The notes under the pieces: model-generated
The model's input: only the letters and a program-made list of their open reading frames with translations
The model's database searches: none
What the model was told of the DNA's origin: nothing
Made by a program: the position numbers and the translations under genes
From: Octopus vulgaris
Taxonomy: Eukaryota
NCBI GenBank assembly: GCA_951406725.2
Contig: OX597816.1
Span: 13,454,001-13,518,000 of the forward strand
Direction: 5' to 3'
Length of the DNA stretch: 64,000 bases
Shown here: in pieces, positions 50,036 to 61,691 of the stretch
Layout: every line of letters begins with the position of its first letter
Numbering within the stretch: position 1 is the first letter of the stretch

Positions 50036-50220
50036 AACAAATAAAAATGTAGAGACGGATAACCCGAAATGTTACGTATATTAATTTATTAATGGCTATT
50101 TTACTAAAGCTGGAGAATGAAGGGCAACATTATGTCCAGTAAGGTTTGAACTAAGAACACAAAGAAGCGTAACTAAAGACTAACTGATATTTCGTTCAAA
50201 TATGTTATTTTTATTCATAA

Positions 50221-51100
50221 AAGGCGGCGAGGTTGCAGAATCGTTAGCACGCCGGGCGAAATGCGTAGCCGTATTTCGTCTGCCGTTACGTTCCGAGTTC
50301 AAATTCCGCCGAGGTCGACTTTGCTTTTCATCCTTTCGGGGTCGATAAATTAAGCACCAGTTTCGCACTGGGATCGATGTAATCGACTTAATCCGTTTGT
50401 CTGTCCTTGTTTGTCCTCTCTGTGTTTATCCCCTGTGGGTAGTAAAGAAATAGGTATTTCGTCTGTCGGTACGTTCTGAGTTCAAATTCCGCCGAGGTCG
50501 ACTTTGCCTTTCATCATTCCGGGGTCGATAAATAAAGAACCAGTTTCGCACTGGGATCGATGTAATCGACTTAATCCGTTTGTCTGTCCTTGTTTGTCCT
50601 CTCTGTGTTTATCCCCTGTGGGTAGTAAAGAAATATGTATTTCGTCTGTCGGTACGTTCTGAGTTCAAATTCCGCCGAGGTCGACATTGCCTTTCATCCT
50701 TTTGGGGTCGATAAATTAAGAACCAGTTTCGCACTGGGATCGATGTAATCGACTTAATCCGTTTGTTTGTCCTTGTTTGTCCTCTCTGTGTTTATCCCCT
50801 GTGGGTAGTAAAGAAATAGATATTTCGTCTGTCGTTACGTTCTGAGTTCAAATTCCACCGAGGTCGACTTTGCCTTTTATCCTCTCGGGGTCGATAAATT
50901 AAGAACCAGTTACGCACTGGGGTCGATGTAGTTGACTTAATCCCTTTCTCTGTCCTTGTTTGTGCTCCCTGTGTTTAGCCCCTTGTGGGTAGTAAAGAAA
51001 TAGATATTTCGCATTGGGGTCGATGTAATCGACTTATTCCCTTTCTCTGTCCTTGTTTGTCCCCTCTATGTTTAGCCACTTGTGGGTAGTAAAGAAATAT
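50221..51100 (+). mobile_element. SINE-B concatemer: one head, four ~183-bp units and one deleted unit
   Basis: Unit starts at about 50271, 50454, 50637, 50820 and 51004. Confidence 0.92.
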
Positions 51101-51869
51101 ATATTATTTTTATTCATAAGGTGTGGTAATTAGAAAATATGAATTGAATTGATCTCATAACACAGAATTCAATACGCTAAAGTTGTTGCCATTTGTGAGT
51201 TACATCAACACAACGTACACACATCAATATGACATTTCAGATATTCTGGAAAGGATGGAGATACGCTCATTACTTTGTGATTCAGTATTAACGATCCAGC
51301 ATCATCAAAAGTGGATCATAAACTCAGCTAAACGAAATATAAGCAGCAGAGCCACCGTAAGGGACGAATGTGCAATATTTCCTCATACAATTCGCAGTGG
51401 ACTTGACTTTGATAAGAAAATGGCGTTATATTTCAAGTGGACAATAGAGATGAGGAAATGCAAACGAACCATGAGAGAGGAACGTTCAATAAACGTGCAT
51501 GTAAAGCTGGGCTTCTTTCTCCGAACTGAAAAACACTAAAAAACACATATTAGTGATTTCTGTAACTGAAATAAGGTAGAAATAACAACGTACCTGAATA
51601 TTCAATGATAATAATTATGAAATGCCTTACGTAGGCATATTGAATGATAGCTTATAGCATCTATATTTCGTATTGTGTTCTATATTTATTTATTGGACAT
51701 TTCTCCAATATTGCAGGTTTACTTAAAAGCAACGAATATATTAATGCTTTGTGCCGAAATATGCTGAGCTCATAAACTAATACAGAAATCTACAGAGGCG
51801 CAAATCCTGCTCCTCCGCACATCCCTACGGTCGACACGAGTATCTGAAATTTAAAGTCTGTTTTGCGCG

Positions 51870-51948
51870 CGTGTGTGTGCGTGTAGCTACATAATATATG
51901 TGAGTGTGTGTATATATGTGTGAATGTGTGTGTGAGTGTGTGTGTATA

Positions 51949-52000
<52 letters not shown>

Positions 52001-52222
52001 TGTATGTATGCATGTATGTATCATGTAATATATGTACACATATATACATATATATACACACACACACATTTGTAGTTATGCGTGTACATTCACACGCACG
52101 CACACATACACACACACATGCACACATAAATATATGTATACATATATATATGTATATCAATATATGTCTATATATATATATATGTGTGTGTGTGTGTCTA
52201 TATATATATGTCTATATATATA

Positions 52223-52262
<40 letters not shown>

Positions 52263-52286
52263 TATATATATTCATCCATATATATG

Positions 52287-52344
<58 letters not shown>

Positions 52345-52356
52345 TCCATATATATG

Positions 52357-52424
<68 letters not shown>

Positions 52425-52430
52425 TGGATG
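51870..52430. repeat. Compound (TG)n/(TA)n/(CA)n microsatellite
   Basis: Directly visible. Confidence 0.95.
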
Positions 52431-52881
52431 AATATAATATGCAAGCATACATAATTATATATTTGTATATAATTGTGCTATGGATACGTGGGCAAGTGCG
52501 TAAGTGCGTGTGTGGCGGTGAGAGGTATATTTGCATGTGTTTGCAACTGAGTGACACATCCTCTATGATGGTTCCTGCATTATATTACCATTCCACCCTT
52601 GGAGCAAGAGAAGTATTTCTATTGATATTTGGGTCAACCAAAGAATTTTCAGTATCAATGCCCGAGAATTATTCTTCCTGCAAATCTTCTGTTTATTCAA
52701 GCAACATCATTCTTGATGGGCAAAAAATACTTTCATTCAACTCGTATATCATCTTAGCTATTCAATTCAGTTTTAACAGTAGAAGCAAATAATTCGCCGT
52801 CGTACATTCATCTTATTTCGAAGAAAAAAATCTGCGTAATACGATTCTCTTCAAACTGAGTCCGACAAAAGTTTGTGGATT

Positions 52882-53301
52882 TACTCTTTTACTCTCTTTT
52901 ACTTGTTTCAGTCATTTGACTGTGGCCATGCTGGAGCACCGCCTTTAGTCGAGCAAATCGACCCCAGGACTTATTCTTTGTAAGCCTAGTAATTAGTACT
53001 TATTCTATCGGGCTCTTTTGCAAAACCGCTAAGTTACGGTGACGTAAACACACTAGCATCGATTGTCAAGCGATGTTGGGGGAGACAAATACGGACACAC
53101 AAACATATATACACACATATATACATATACATATATACGACGGGCTTCTTTCAGTTTCCGTCTGCCAAATCCATTCACAAGGCTTTGGTCGACCCGAGGC
53201 TATAGTAGAAGACACTTGCCCAAAGTGCTACGCAGTGGGACTGAACCTGGAACCATGTGGTTGGTAAACAAGCTACTTACCACACAGCCACTCCTACGTC
53301 T
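52882..53301 (-). mobile_element. SINE family A
   Basis: Full family-A body. Confidence 0.9.
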
Positions 53302-53796
53302 GTTTGTTTTAAAATATAAAATATATAATGTATAATGTGTTTGTGTGTGTGATTGTGTATATGTGTGTGTGATTGTGCGTATGTGTGTGATTGTGTATAT
53401 ATGTGTATGATTGTGCGTGTGTGTAGTATTAGAGATAAATACAAATAGGCTTGATATAGATATATTTCCATGGAGCATAAAAAATACAGAACAAGATATA
53501 TAAAAAAATATATTATTTGCTAACTCGACAGCTGTTTCAGGAAACTCAGAGTTAAGTAGTAATCATAATAATCCTGATTTTCCCATGACTTCTGCAAAAG
53601 GTCGCATGTATGCAACTGGAAACCAATCACATGACAATTTAAAAATAAATCTGGCTTCCCTTGTCAAGAGAAGATTAGCAAATGCCAAAACCAAAATTAA
53701 TAATACATGTACATACATATGTGCAGAATTGTTGGCACAACTGAGAGCAAGGGAGTGTGGAAAATGTCAATATAATCGACTTACCCATAAGCATTA

Positions 53797-54144
53797 AAGG
53801 GTAAAGACCCCCTTCGGTCATGAATGACCATGGGATTGCACCTAGAAAGTTACCCTCCTAGACACAAGTCCGGGCAAGGTTGTTTATGGAAGACCAGCAG
53901 TCGCCCATGCATACCAGCCTCCCCTCTCCACGCCATCAGTGTTATCCAAGGGAAAGACAAAGGTCGATACAGCTTGGCACCAGTGACGTCTCAACTCATT
54001 TCTACAGCTGAGTGAACTGGAGCAACGTGAAATAAAGTGCCTTGCTCAAGAACACAACACCCAGCCCGGTCCAGGATTCGAGCTCACAACCTCACGATCG
54101 TAAGCTCGACGCTCTAACCACTGAGCCATGCGCCTTCACTTGCG
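53797..54144 (-). mobile_element. SINE family E (full length)
   Basis: tRNA-like head; TSD CCATAAGCATTA at 53785-53796 and 54145-54156. Confidence 0.9.
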
Positions 54145-55599
54145 CCATAAGCATTATAACTGTAAATATATTGCTACGGTCACGAAGCCCTCAGATTTTA
54201 GGATAGGTGTGCTTTATTATTAAATACCCCTCCAGTACTTCAGTGTTGTTTATGATTCGAACCCCCAACGGATGAAAGGCACAATCAACTTTGGTAAGAT
54301 TTGAAATTTGGGGCCAGAATTGACAAATATTTAACTAAAGATTCTAAAATCGATTTTTCCGTATCACTCCACCGAATTTGTCCTCAAACTCATTTGGATT
54401 TTATTAAATTACAATATGAGTTCATAGGCTCGCCTTTTATTTTCGTTTCATCTATTCGGCTTGGATTTCAATATTTCGAACAGCAGTTAAAAAAAAAACA
54501 TCAACCAACTCATTTCACTCCGCAGATGCTCCTTTTGCAGCATCCTATGTCTTTTTATACAAACCAGTTCTCCATTGTGAATTTCCAGCATCCATTGAAA
54601 TAGATGGTGTTTTTTCGTTCATGTCCTAACACAATATCTCTTTTTAACCATCTGAAGGATTCCTTGGAAATAAAGAATCCTATTCTCTTTGAATAAAGTT
54701 CGCCGAGTGTGTTTCAGATGTTTTTTATGGCAAGTATCTTCAGAATGTATAATTAAGCATGTCAAGGCATTGCACATCAAACAATTATTGTAAAATCCAC
54801 GTTTCTTCTACAAAGGAAAGTATTGCCTTTGTAATACCGTTAGCAATACCATATTACGATTTCTATTGAGTTTTGTGTAAAGCTTAGAAGTAAAATAAAA
54901 AAGACCCTCGTACATATCCATTTCTTCTTTTATGTATGTAAATACATATTTCCACACACTCGCAAGTACACACACATACACACACACAGATATATACATA
55001 TATTTGTAAATGGCTTCGACTCGATTTCGAGCAAGGCCATCGCTTGGTTGTTCAGTTAAATCAGCATGGTCATGGCCCTGTACCCTTTCATATACAGATG
55101 TGCCAACGATGCGCGCTTCATGCAGCAAGTGTTAAGAAAGCTTACCACCCCTGATGACCCATGCTTTTTTTATACCATCAAAATATTTTCTGTTGCGTGT
55201 TTTACTTTGTTTTCAGCAAACAGCCTGCCATCGGATGCAATTCATAATAAAGCTGTTCTAAATGAAGCGATGCATGTGTCTGAATCGTTATAAAAGTGGG
55301 GAAAGACCGTACACGGACTAGGTCCCGCTTTTTAAACAACATGTGTATTTGCCACAATAGAAAAAACTAATCTGCATCATTGGATGCAAGCGAAGTCGAC
55401 GGTGTTACATCAGAGTTTTCCGACAGAGTACTTAGTCCTTGCTTAAGGTGCAATCGGTATGCATGAATGTGCTTCGTAAATTTTATTCACCAGTGTTTTC
55501 ATCGCTCATCTATCTGGATTATCTACCGCAAAATCATGCGTTACATATATTATGATAGATCGCCATGATAGATCGCTATGATAAATCGCTAGCCATTAA

Positions 55600-55770
55600 A
55601 CCTTTTTCTATTTTCTCTCCCTGTTTATTTCTGTGTTCCTTTCTGTTGAAGAGCGTAGGCTCGAAACGTAAAAACTTTCTCACTTCTCGAGCGTTAAACT
55701 AATACATCTGTTTGTTGTTTATACGCCTGTCTTCATCTTTTGTTTTCTTTTTTGTAAATTTTCACTATAT
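55600..55770 (+). mobile_element. Penelope-like terminal repeat with variant minimal hammerhead (55638-55675)
   Basis: CTTT-CTGTTGA-A-GAGC(GTAG)GCTC-GAAA-CGTA-AAAA; same layout as 43740-43950; ends in ACTATATATA. Confidence 0.5.
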
Positions 55771-55791
55771 ATATATATATATATATATATA

Positions 55792-56060
55792 AGGTGTTGA
55801 GTTCAATTCTCGGCGACGCGTTGTGCTCTTGAGCAAGACACTTCATTTCACGTTGCTCCAGTCCACTCAGCTGACGAAAATGAGTAGTACCTGTATTTCA
55901 AAGGGCCAGCCTTGTCACACTCTGAGTCACGCTGAATCTCCTTGAGAACTACGTTATAGGCACACGTGTCTGTGGAGTGCTCAACCACTTGCGCATTAAT
56001 TTCACGAGAAAATTGTTCTGTTGATCGTATCAGCTGGGACCCACGTTGTAGTAAACGACG
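55792..56060 (+). mobile_element. 5'-truncated D/C-related SINE
   Basis: CTTGAGCAAGACACTTCATTTCACGTTGCTCCAGTCCACTCAGCTG core plus the 3' module seen at 17200-17380. Confidence 0.75.
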
Positions 56061-56893
56061 TGGTGCTCTAATATATATATAACACCTCCACAGCATTATA
56101 ATGATACATGTAACCTTTTATATAAAATTCGTATATTTTTAATACGCTAAGGTCTTCAATTTTTTTAGTATAAACGCATAATGTGAAAGATGTCTTAATA
56201 ATCTAAAACTGAATGTAAAAAAAGTGGCGTTTATACTGCGTTGAAAATTTATCGTATTGTTTTGTAGAAAACCATATCGATGAAAGAAATGTCTTTTGTG
56301 AAACAGTAGTCTTTCCGGTGAAACTTTAACCCCCGAAGAATTTCTAATCATTAAAAAACGAGGTATCCAGAAAAATCGCTAATAAAACCGTTGAATTGTT
56401 AAAAAGACATTGGAAATCAATTTGAGATGCCACCTATTTTACACATTTTATAAAATAAAGAGATAGCAATTTTTATGAAGACAATGCTGCGTTATATGAG
56501 AATGCAAAAATCGTTGCAAAAAAATTGCAAAAAAAAAAGTGGCTGTGATAAAATTACTGAGAAGGTTATAAGGTCTATGTTAGAAACTAATATTTCAAAT
56601 ATGAAGTATGGAGATCATTCAGATAACTTGAAACGTTTAAGCAAAGATTCAATGCAAAGAGATATTGATGAAATATCTCTGAATATTGATGAGCAATTAG
56701 TTGAAAGATGGAAAACGTTTTTTCCCTCAATGCGAGCTGATGAGCCCAGAGTTTTCGATAACGATCTTCTCATGGCGTTTGTATGTTACTTAAATAATGG
56801 CGGTAAATTGAAAGACGATATTTTTTTATTCTATAGATACTGACACTGCAGGAATAACTTGCTTTTATTGCTTTAACCCTTTGCTTGTCCTGT

Positions 56894-57273
56894 TGCTGTT
56901 GCTGTTGAGCGAACAGTCTTCGTCCCAGAGCTCGCAAGATGGGAGAAGTCCGAAACGTGGTCCTTTGCTATTCGTAAAACCCGCAAAAGAGAAAGCAGGT
57001 CAACCCCCGACATCGAGAGCATCGACGGATGGATGAATGCGCATCCAGGCTCAGCGGTTGCATAGGAAGTCGGGGACAAGAAACAGGAAGAAAGAGTGAG
57101 AGAAAGTTGGAGCGAAAGAGTACAGCAGGGTCGCCACCACCCCCTGCCGGAGCCTCGTGGTGCTTTAGGTGTTTTCGCTCAATAAACACACACAACGTCC
57201 GGTCTGGTAATCGAAACCGCGATCCTCCGACCGCGAGTCCACTTCCCTAACCATTGAGCCATTGCGCCTCCAC
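56894..57273 (-). mobile_element. SINE family C (full length)
   Basis: C head at 57273, (CAG/CAA) tail; TSD TGC(T/C)TGTCCTGT. Confidence 0.88.
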
Positions 57274-57348
57274 TGCCTGTCCTGTGTATCACGTGTGATA
57301 TACATATATATTTCCCTAGCATCTGTGCATCATATATGATACACATAC

Positions 57349-57745
57349 AAGGCGGCGAGCTGGGCGAAATGCCTTGCGGTATTTCGTCTGCCGTTACGTT
57401 CTCAGTTCAAATTCCGCCGAGATCGACTTTGCCCTTCATCCTTTCGCGGTCGATTAAATAAGTACCAGTGAAACACTGGAGTCGATATAATCGATTTAAT
57501 CCGTTTGTCTGTCCTTGTTTGTCCCCTCTGTGTTTAGCCCCTTGTGGGTAGTAAAGAAATAGGTATTTCGTCTGCCGTTACATTCTGAGTTCAAATTGCG
57601 CCGGGGTCGACTTTGCCTGTCATCCTTTCGGGGTCGATAAATTAAATACCGGTTACGCACTGGGGTCAATATAATGGACTTAATCCTTTTATCTGTCCTT
57701 GTTTGTCCTATCTATGTTTAGCCCCCTGTGGGCAATAAAAAAAAG
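57349..57745 (+). mobile_element. SINE family B dimer
   Basis: Junction AAAGAAATAG|GTATTTCGTC near 57563; TSD ATATATGATACACATA. Confidence 0.88.
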
Positions 57746-58073
57746 ATAAAAATATATATGATACACATATCCATTTTTTAAAACCTCCACAGTAACTTTA
57801 GGCTTTTTGAAGGGAAGTTCTATTACACAGGACGTGTAAAACAAGGGCGAGCTAAAAGTCAGACAACAAGCATGGACGTTTATAACAAACTTATAAAAAT
57901 GCTTTGGACAGGCAAAGGTTTAAGGTTCCGGTTTGAGTAAAAGCTGCATTAGAACATTTCGTATTGACTGCCCCTGGGCTACCACAAATGTCGGAAGACA
58001 TGGATGCTTCATACGTAGCACATTTGATAAAACTTACTCTGGGATCATTGCAATGGATCGCTTTATTCACAGA

Positions 58074-58279
58074 CGGTTTCAATGGCGTATGCGTTCCCCA
58101 TCTGGACAGGACGCCAGTCCATCGCAGCGTTGCTCACTTTTGCCAGCTGAGTGGACTGGAGCAACGTGAAATGAAGTGTTTTGCTCAGGAACACAACGCG
58201 TCGTCCTGGTTCAGGAATCGAAACCACAATCTTACGATCATGATGCTGAAACCCTAACCACTAAACCACGCGCCTCCAC
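58074..58279 (-). mobile_element. SINE-D, 3'-truncated, part of a 410-bp local duplication
   Basis: Matches 59957-60162, and the match continues into flanking DNA. Confidence 0.85.
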
Positions 58280-58610
58280 AGCACTAAATATAGATATGAT
58301 AAAATAAGAAAGACTGGATTTTTGAAACACTGAACTCAGAGCGCAAAGACCCGGAAGAAACGTCGCTAAACATTTTGTCCGACGTTGTTAGGAGTCCGCC
58401 AGCTCACTGCCTTAGCACCAAATATAGATATGATAAAATAAGAAAGTCTAGATTTTGGCCATTAAAACACTCTAAAACACCATTTCAAAGTATACGCTAT
58501 CAAATAAATTCATAAATGAAAATCACACAAATAAGGCCACCTTCTTGTTTTGTGCAAATCGTAATAAATATTATATAAAATTTCTTCTATATACAGACGT
58601 CAGATGGTTA

Positions 58611-59035
58611 TGTAGTTAAGGCGCCACCTTCGCAACTTCGTTACTTTGAATTCAGTTCAATTGCGTACCACCTCGGGCAGATGTTTTCTATTTTAACCCC
58701 GAGATTACCAATTCTTCACGAAGGAATATATTTACAAAACGGAAACTGACTGGAAACCTTTTATGTGTGTGTGTTTGTGTGCGCGTGTGTGTGTGTACAT
58801 ACATACATGTATGTGTGTGAACATGTTATGTATATGTGTTTTTGTGTTTGTCAGCTTACTATATCGCAACCAGTGTTGTTTTATTTAGGGGCGCATAACT
58901 TAGTGGTTCAGCCAAAACACCGATAAAATAACTACTAGACTTTTAAAAATGTTAGAAATGAAGTCCATTTGTTTGATTAAACCGCTTCAAGCAGTGCCTC
59001 GGTATGGCCGCGCTCTTATGACTGAAACAAGCAAA
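58611..59035 (+). mobile_element. Old, diverged SINE-A
   Basis: Recognisable CACCTCGGGCAGATGTTTTCTA, GGAAACTGA, TAACTTAGTGGTTC and TGACTGAAACAAG blocks. Confidence 0.65.
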
Positions 59036-59901
59036 CCATTAGAAGTCAGATGTCTCTCCAAGAGAAACTACTTACTATGATTTATAAGCCTTTATGATAC
59101 GCTGGTTAAACTTTCTAGAAAGTAGGAGGCGTATGAATATCTAAAGAAAGTAAACAAATATAAAAATAGCATATATTATTTAGTTTGGATATTTTGAAAG
59201 TTTAATGAGGCATAATTTTAAATTCAGGGAAAATCTGTTACGTTGATTGATTGTAAAATAATATTGGAAGCATTTAGGTAAGGAAAAAAAAATGGAGAAA
59301 CTTTTTCAAGCAAATTTAATTCTAGAAATATTTTACAGCAAGCTTGAGATGGCGAAAAAAGTCTTTTACTTGACAAAATGGATCTTGAAATATATTCTGG
59401 ATACTTATTATCGTTAAAAATGAGTAAGAACAAAAAAATAAAAATTTCTTATGTGTTCCTTTGAAGTAAAACCATTCATGATAGACGTATTTTGTTGCGA
59501 TGATGGCGAATGTAAAAATATATATATATAAAAGAATTTATCGAATTACGATACTACGATAGCACAAAATATCTCTTTTTTTTATTTCCTGAGCACTAAT
59601 AAGGCTGGTTACCCAGTTTTCATGTATAAAACCGAGATCACAACATCCTCCAGCCCGAGCCCAGCGTCAGTCTCCTTCAGGTTCCAAAGCCAGTGGTTTT
59701 GCGCAGGAGGAGGCAAATCAATTACATCGACCCCTGTACTTCACTCATACGTTGTTTTATCGACCCCGAAGTGATGGAAAGCAAATTTGAGACCTCGGCG
59801 GGATTTGGACCCAGAGCGCAAAGGACCAAAAGAAATGCCGTTATGCATTTCGTCCGACGGTCAAATGATTCCGCCAGCTCACTGCCTTAGCACCAAATAT
59901 A

Positions 59902-60162
59902 ATAAATAGTAAATGCGCCCTTTTAAATCCTAACCAGGCTCGTGGGCCCGGTTTCTCGGTTTCAATGGCGTATGTGTTCCTCAGCTGGACGGGACGCCAG
60001 TCCATCGCAGCGGCGCTCATTTTTGCCAGCTGAGTGGACTGGAAGAACGTGAAATGAAGTATTTTGCTCAAGAACACAACGCGTCGCCCTGGTCCAGGAA
60101 TCGAAACCACAATCTTATGATCATGATGCTGACACCCTAACCACTAAGCCACGCGCCTCCAC
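59902..60162 (-). mobile_element. SINE family D (full length)
   Basis: TSD AGCACCAAATATA at 59889-59901 and 60163-60175. Confidence 0.88.
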
Positions 60163-60849
60163 AGCACCAAATATAGATATGATAAAATAAGAAAGACTGG
60201 ATTTTGGTCACACTGAACTAAGAGTGCAAAGACCCGGAAGAAACGCCGCTAAACATTTTGTCCGACGTTGTTACGAGTCCGCCAGCTCACTGCCTTAGCA
60301 CCAAATATAGATATGACAAAATAAGAAAGTCTAGATTTTGGCCATTAAAACATTCTAAAACACCATAACCAATGTTTTGGGTGGAAATTGCTAGAAAATA
60401 ATTGCGTTTGCCAACATCGTTGAAGCTGCGTATATTTTGGCGAAACAGTTCACTACATAACGAAATTGGACGTTATACAGAGTGACATAACAATGAAGTT
60501 CATGATATTGAACCGAAGAATCTATATTTAGCAGAAAAAGCATCAATCCCAAGGATATTAAATAAAAGTGTTTGAAGGAATTTCTTTAATTAATTTTTTG
60601 TGACAGTTGCCGTCTAAAAATATCGTGGACAAAAGGAAGCTGCCTTTGGAAAATTGTTACGAACCAGTGATGTATAAAATAAAGAAAGACTGAAATCCGA
60701 GTCGTTAAAAGACTCTAAAAGACTAACCAATGTTATGGAACGAAATGAGAACAAAATAATTGTGTTTTCCAGCATCATGTATAATTGAAGATTGGTTTGT
60801 TTTGGTGAATAAATTACTGAATAAACTAGATTACAGGACGTAAGTTACA

Positions 60850-61163
60850 GAAAAACAAAATGGGTCTCCGTCGGTTACGACAACGAGTCTTCCAGTTGAT
60901 CAAATCAATGGAACAAACTGGTCGTGGTATCAACGTGCAAGTGGCTGAGTCTTTAACGTAGTTCTCAGGGAGATTCAGCGTGGCACAAAATGGAACAAGG
61001 CTGACCCTTTGAATCACAAGAACAAAGCATTTTTACCTGCTGAGTGGACTGGAGCAACGTAAAATAGAGCCTCTGCTCAAGGACACACAGTGCTACCTGG
61101 AATCGAACTCACGACTTACAATTGTGAGCCGAATAATCTAACCATTAACCCACGCGTCTTCAC
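60850..61163 (-). mobile_element. Diverged D/E-related SINE
   Basis: GCTGAGTGGACTGGAGCAACGT core and tRNA-like head ending GCGTCTTCAC. Confidence 0.7.
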
Positions 61164-61405
61164 AAGAATGACTTAAGAATTAAAGTTGCAGCATGGAATT
61201 GAACATTCTGTTGGGCTGTCAAATAAATTCTTTCGCCCTCCATCCCACGCTTAATTTTAATCCTGTCCTAAGTTATTTGAAGTAATAAGAAAAACATTTA
61301 TTGTAGTGTTTTATGGTTTATTGCAGCACTACTATTACTCTACAACTCATGTTTGTTGTTTCTGAAGTGGAGGCGCAATGGCCCAGTAGTTAGGGCAGCG
61401 ATAGT

Positions 61406-61691
61406 CAGTGCGTAACTGGTATTTATTTAATCGACCCCGAAAGGATGAAAGGCAAAGTCGACCTAGGCGAAATTTGAACTCAGAACGTAACGGCAGACGA
61501 AATACCTATTTCTTTCTACCCACAAGGGGCTAAACACAGAGAGGACAAACAAGGACAGACAAACGGATTAAGTTGATTATATCGACCCCAGTGCGTAACT
61601 GGTACTTATTTAATCGACCCCGAAAGGATGAAAGGCAATACCACTAAGCATTTCGCCCGGCATACTAACGGTTCTGCCAGCTCGCCGCCTT
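61406..61691 (-). mobile_element. SINE family B partial dimer, preceded by a SINE-C head (61368-61400, plus)
   Basis: Junction GACGAAATAC|CTATTTCTTT near 61505. Confidence 0.82.

Larger units (their letters stand above)
56200..60830 (+). mobile_element. Fragmented hAT (Charlie/Buster, ZBED5/SCAND3-like) transposase fossil
   Basis: Colinear pieces: LSKDSMQRDIDEISLNIDEQLVER..SMRADE..LLMAFVCY (56630-56790), GRHGCFI..IIAMDRFIHR (57990-58073), FLLYTDVRWL (58581-58610) and KFNE..IQGKSVTLIDCK (59200-59260). The 3' boundary is uncertain. Confidence 0.7.

Noticed and set aside
51183-51539. 118-aa ORF in unique sequence (also 11238-11426 and 54808-55293)
   Set aside because: No recognisable domain or exon boundaries; length is compatible with chance or an unidentifiable TE fossil.
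61368-61400. Isolated SINE-C head as a third target site of the ORF1-only element
   Set aside because: The break is about 6 nt further downstream and is followed by an inverted SINE-B, not by the element.
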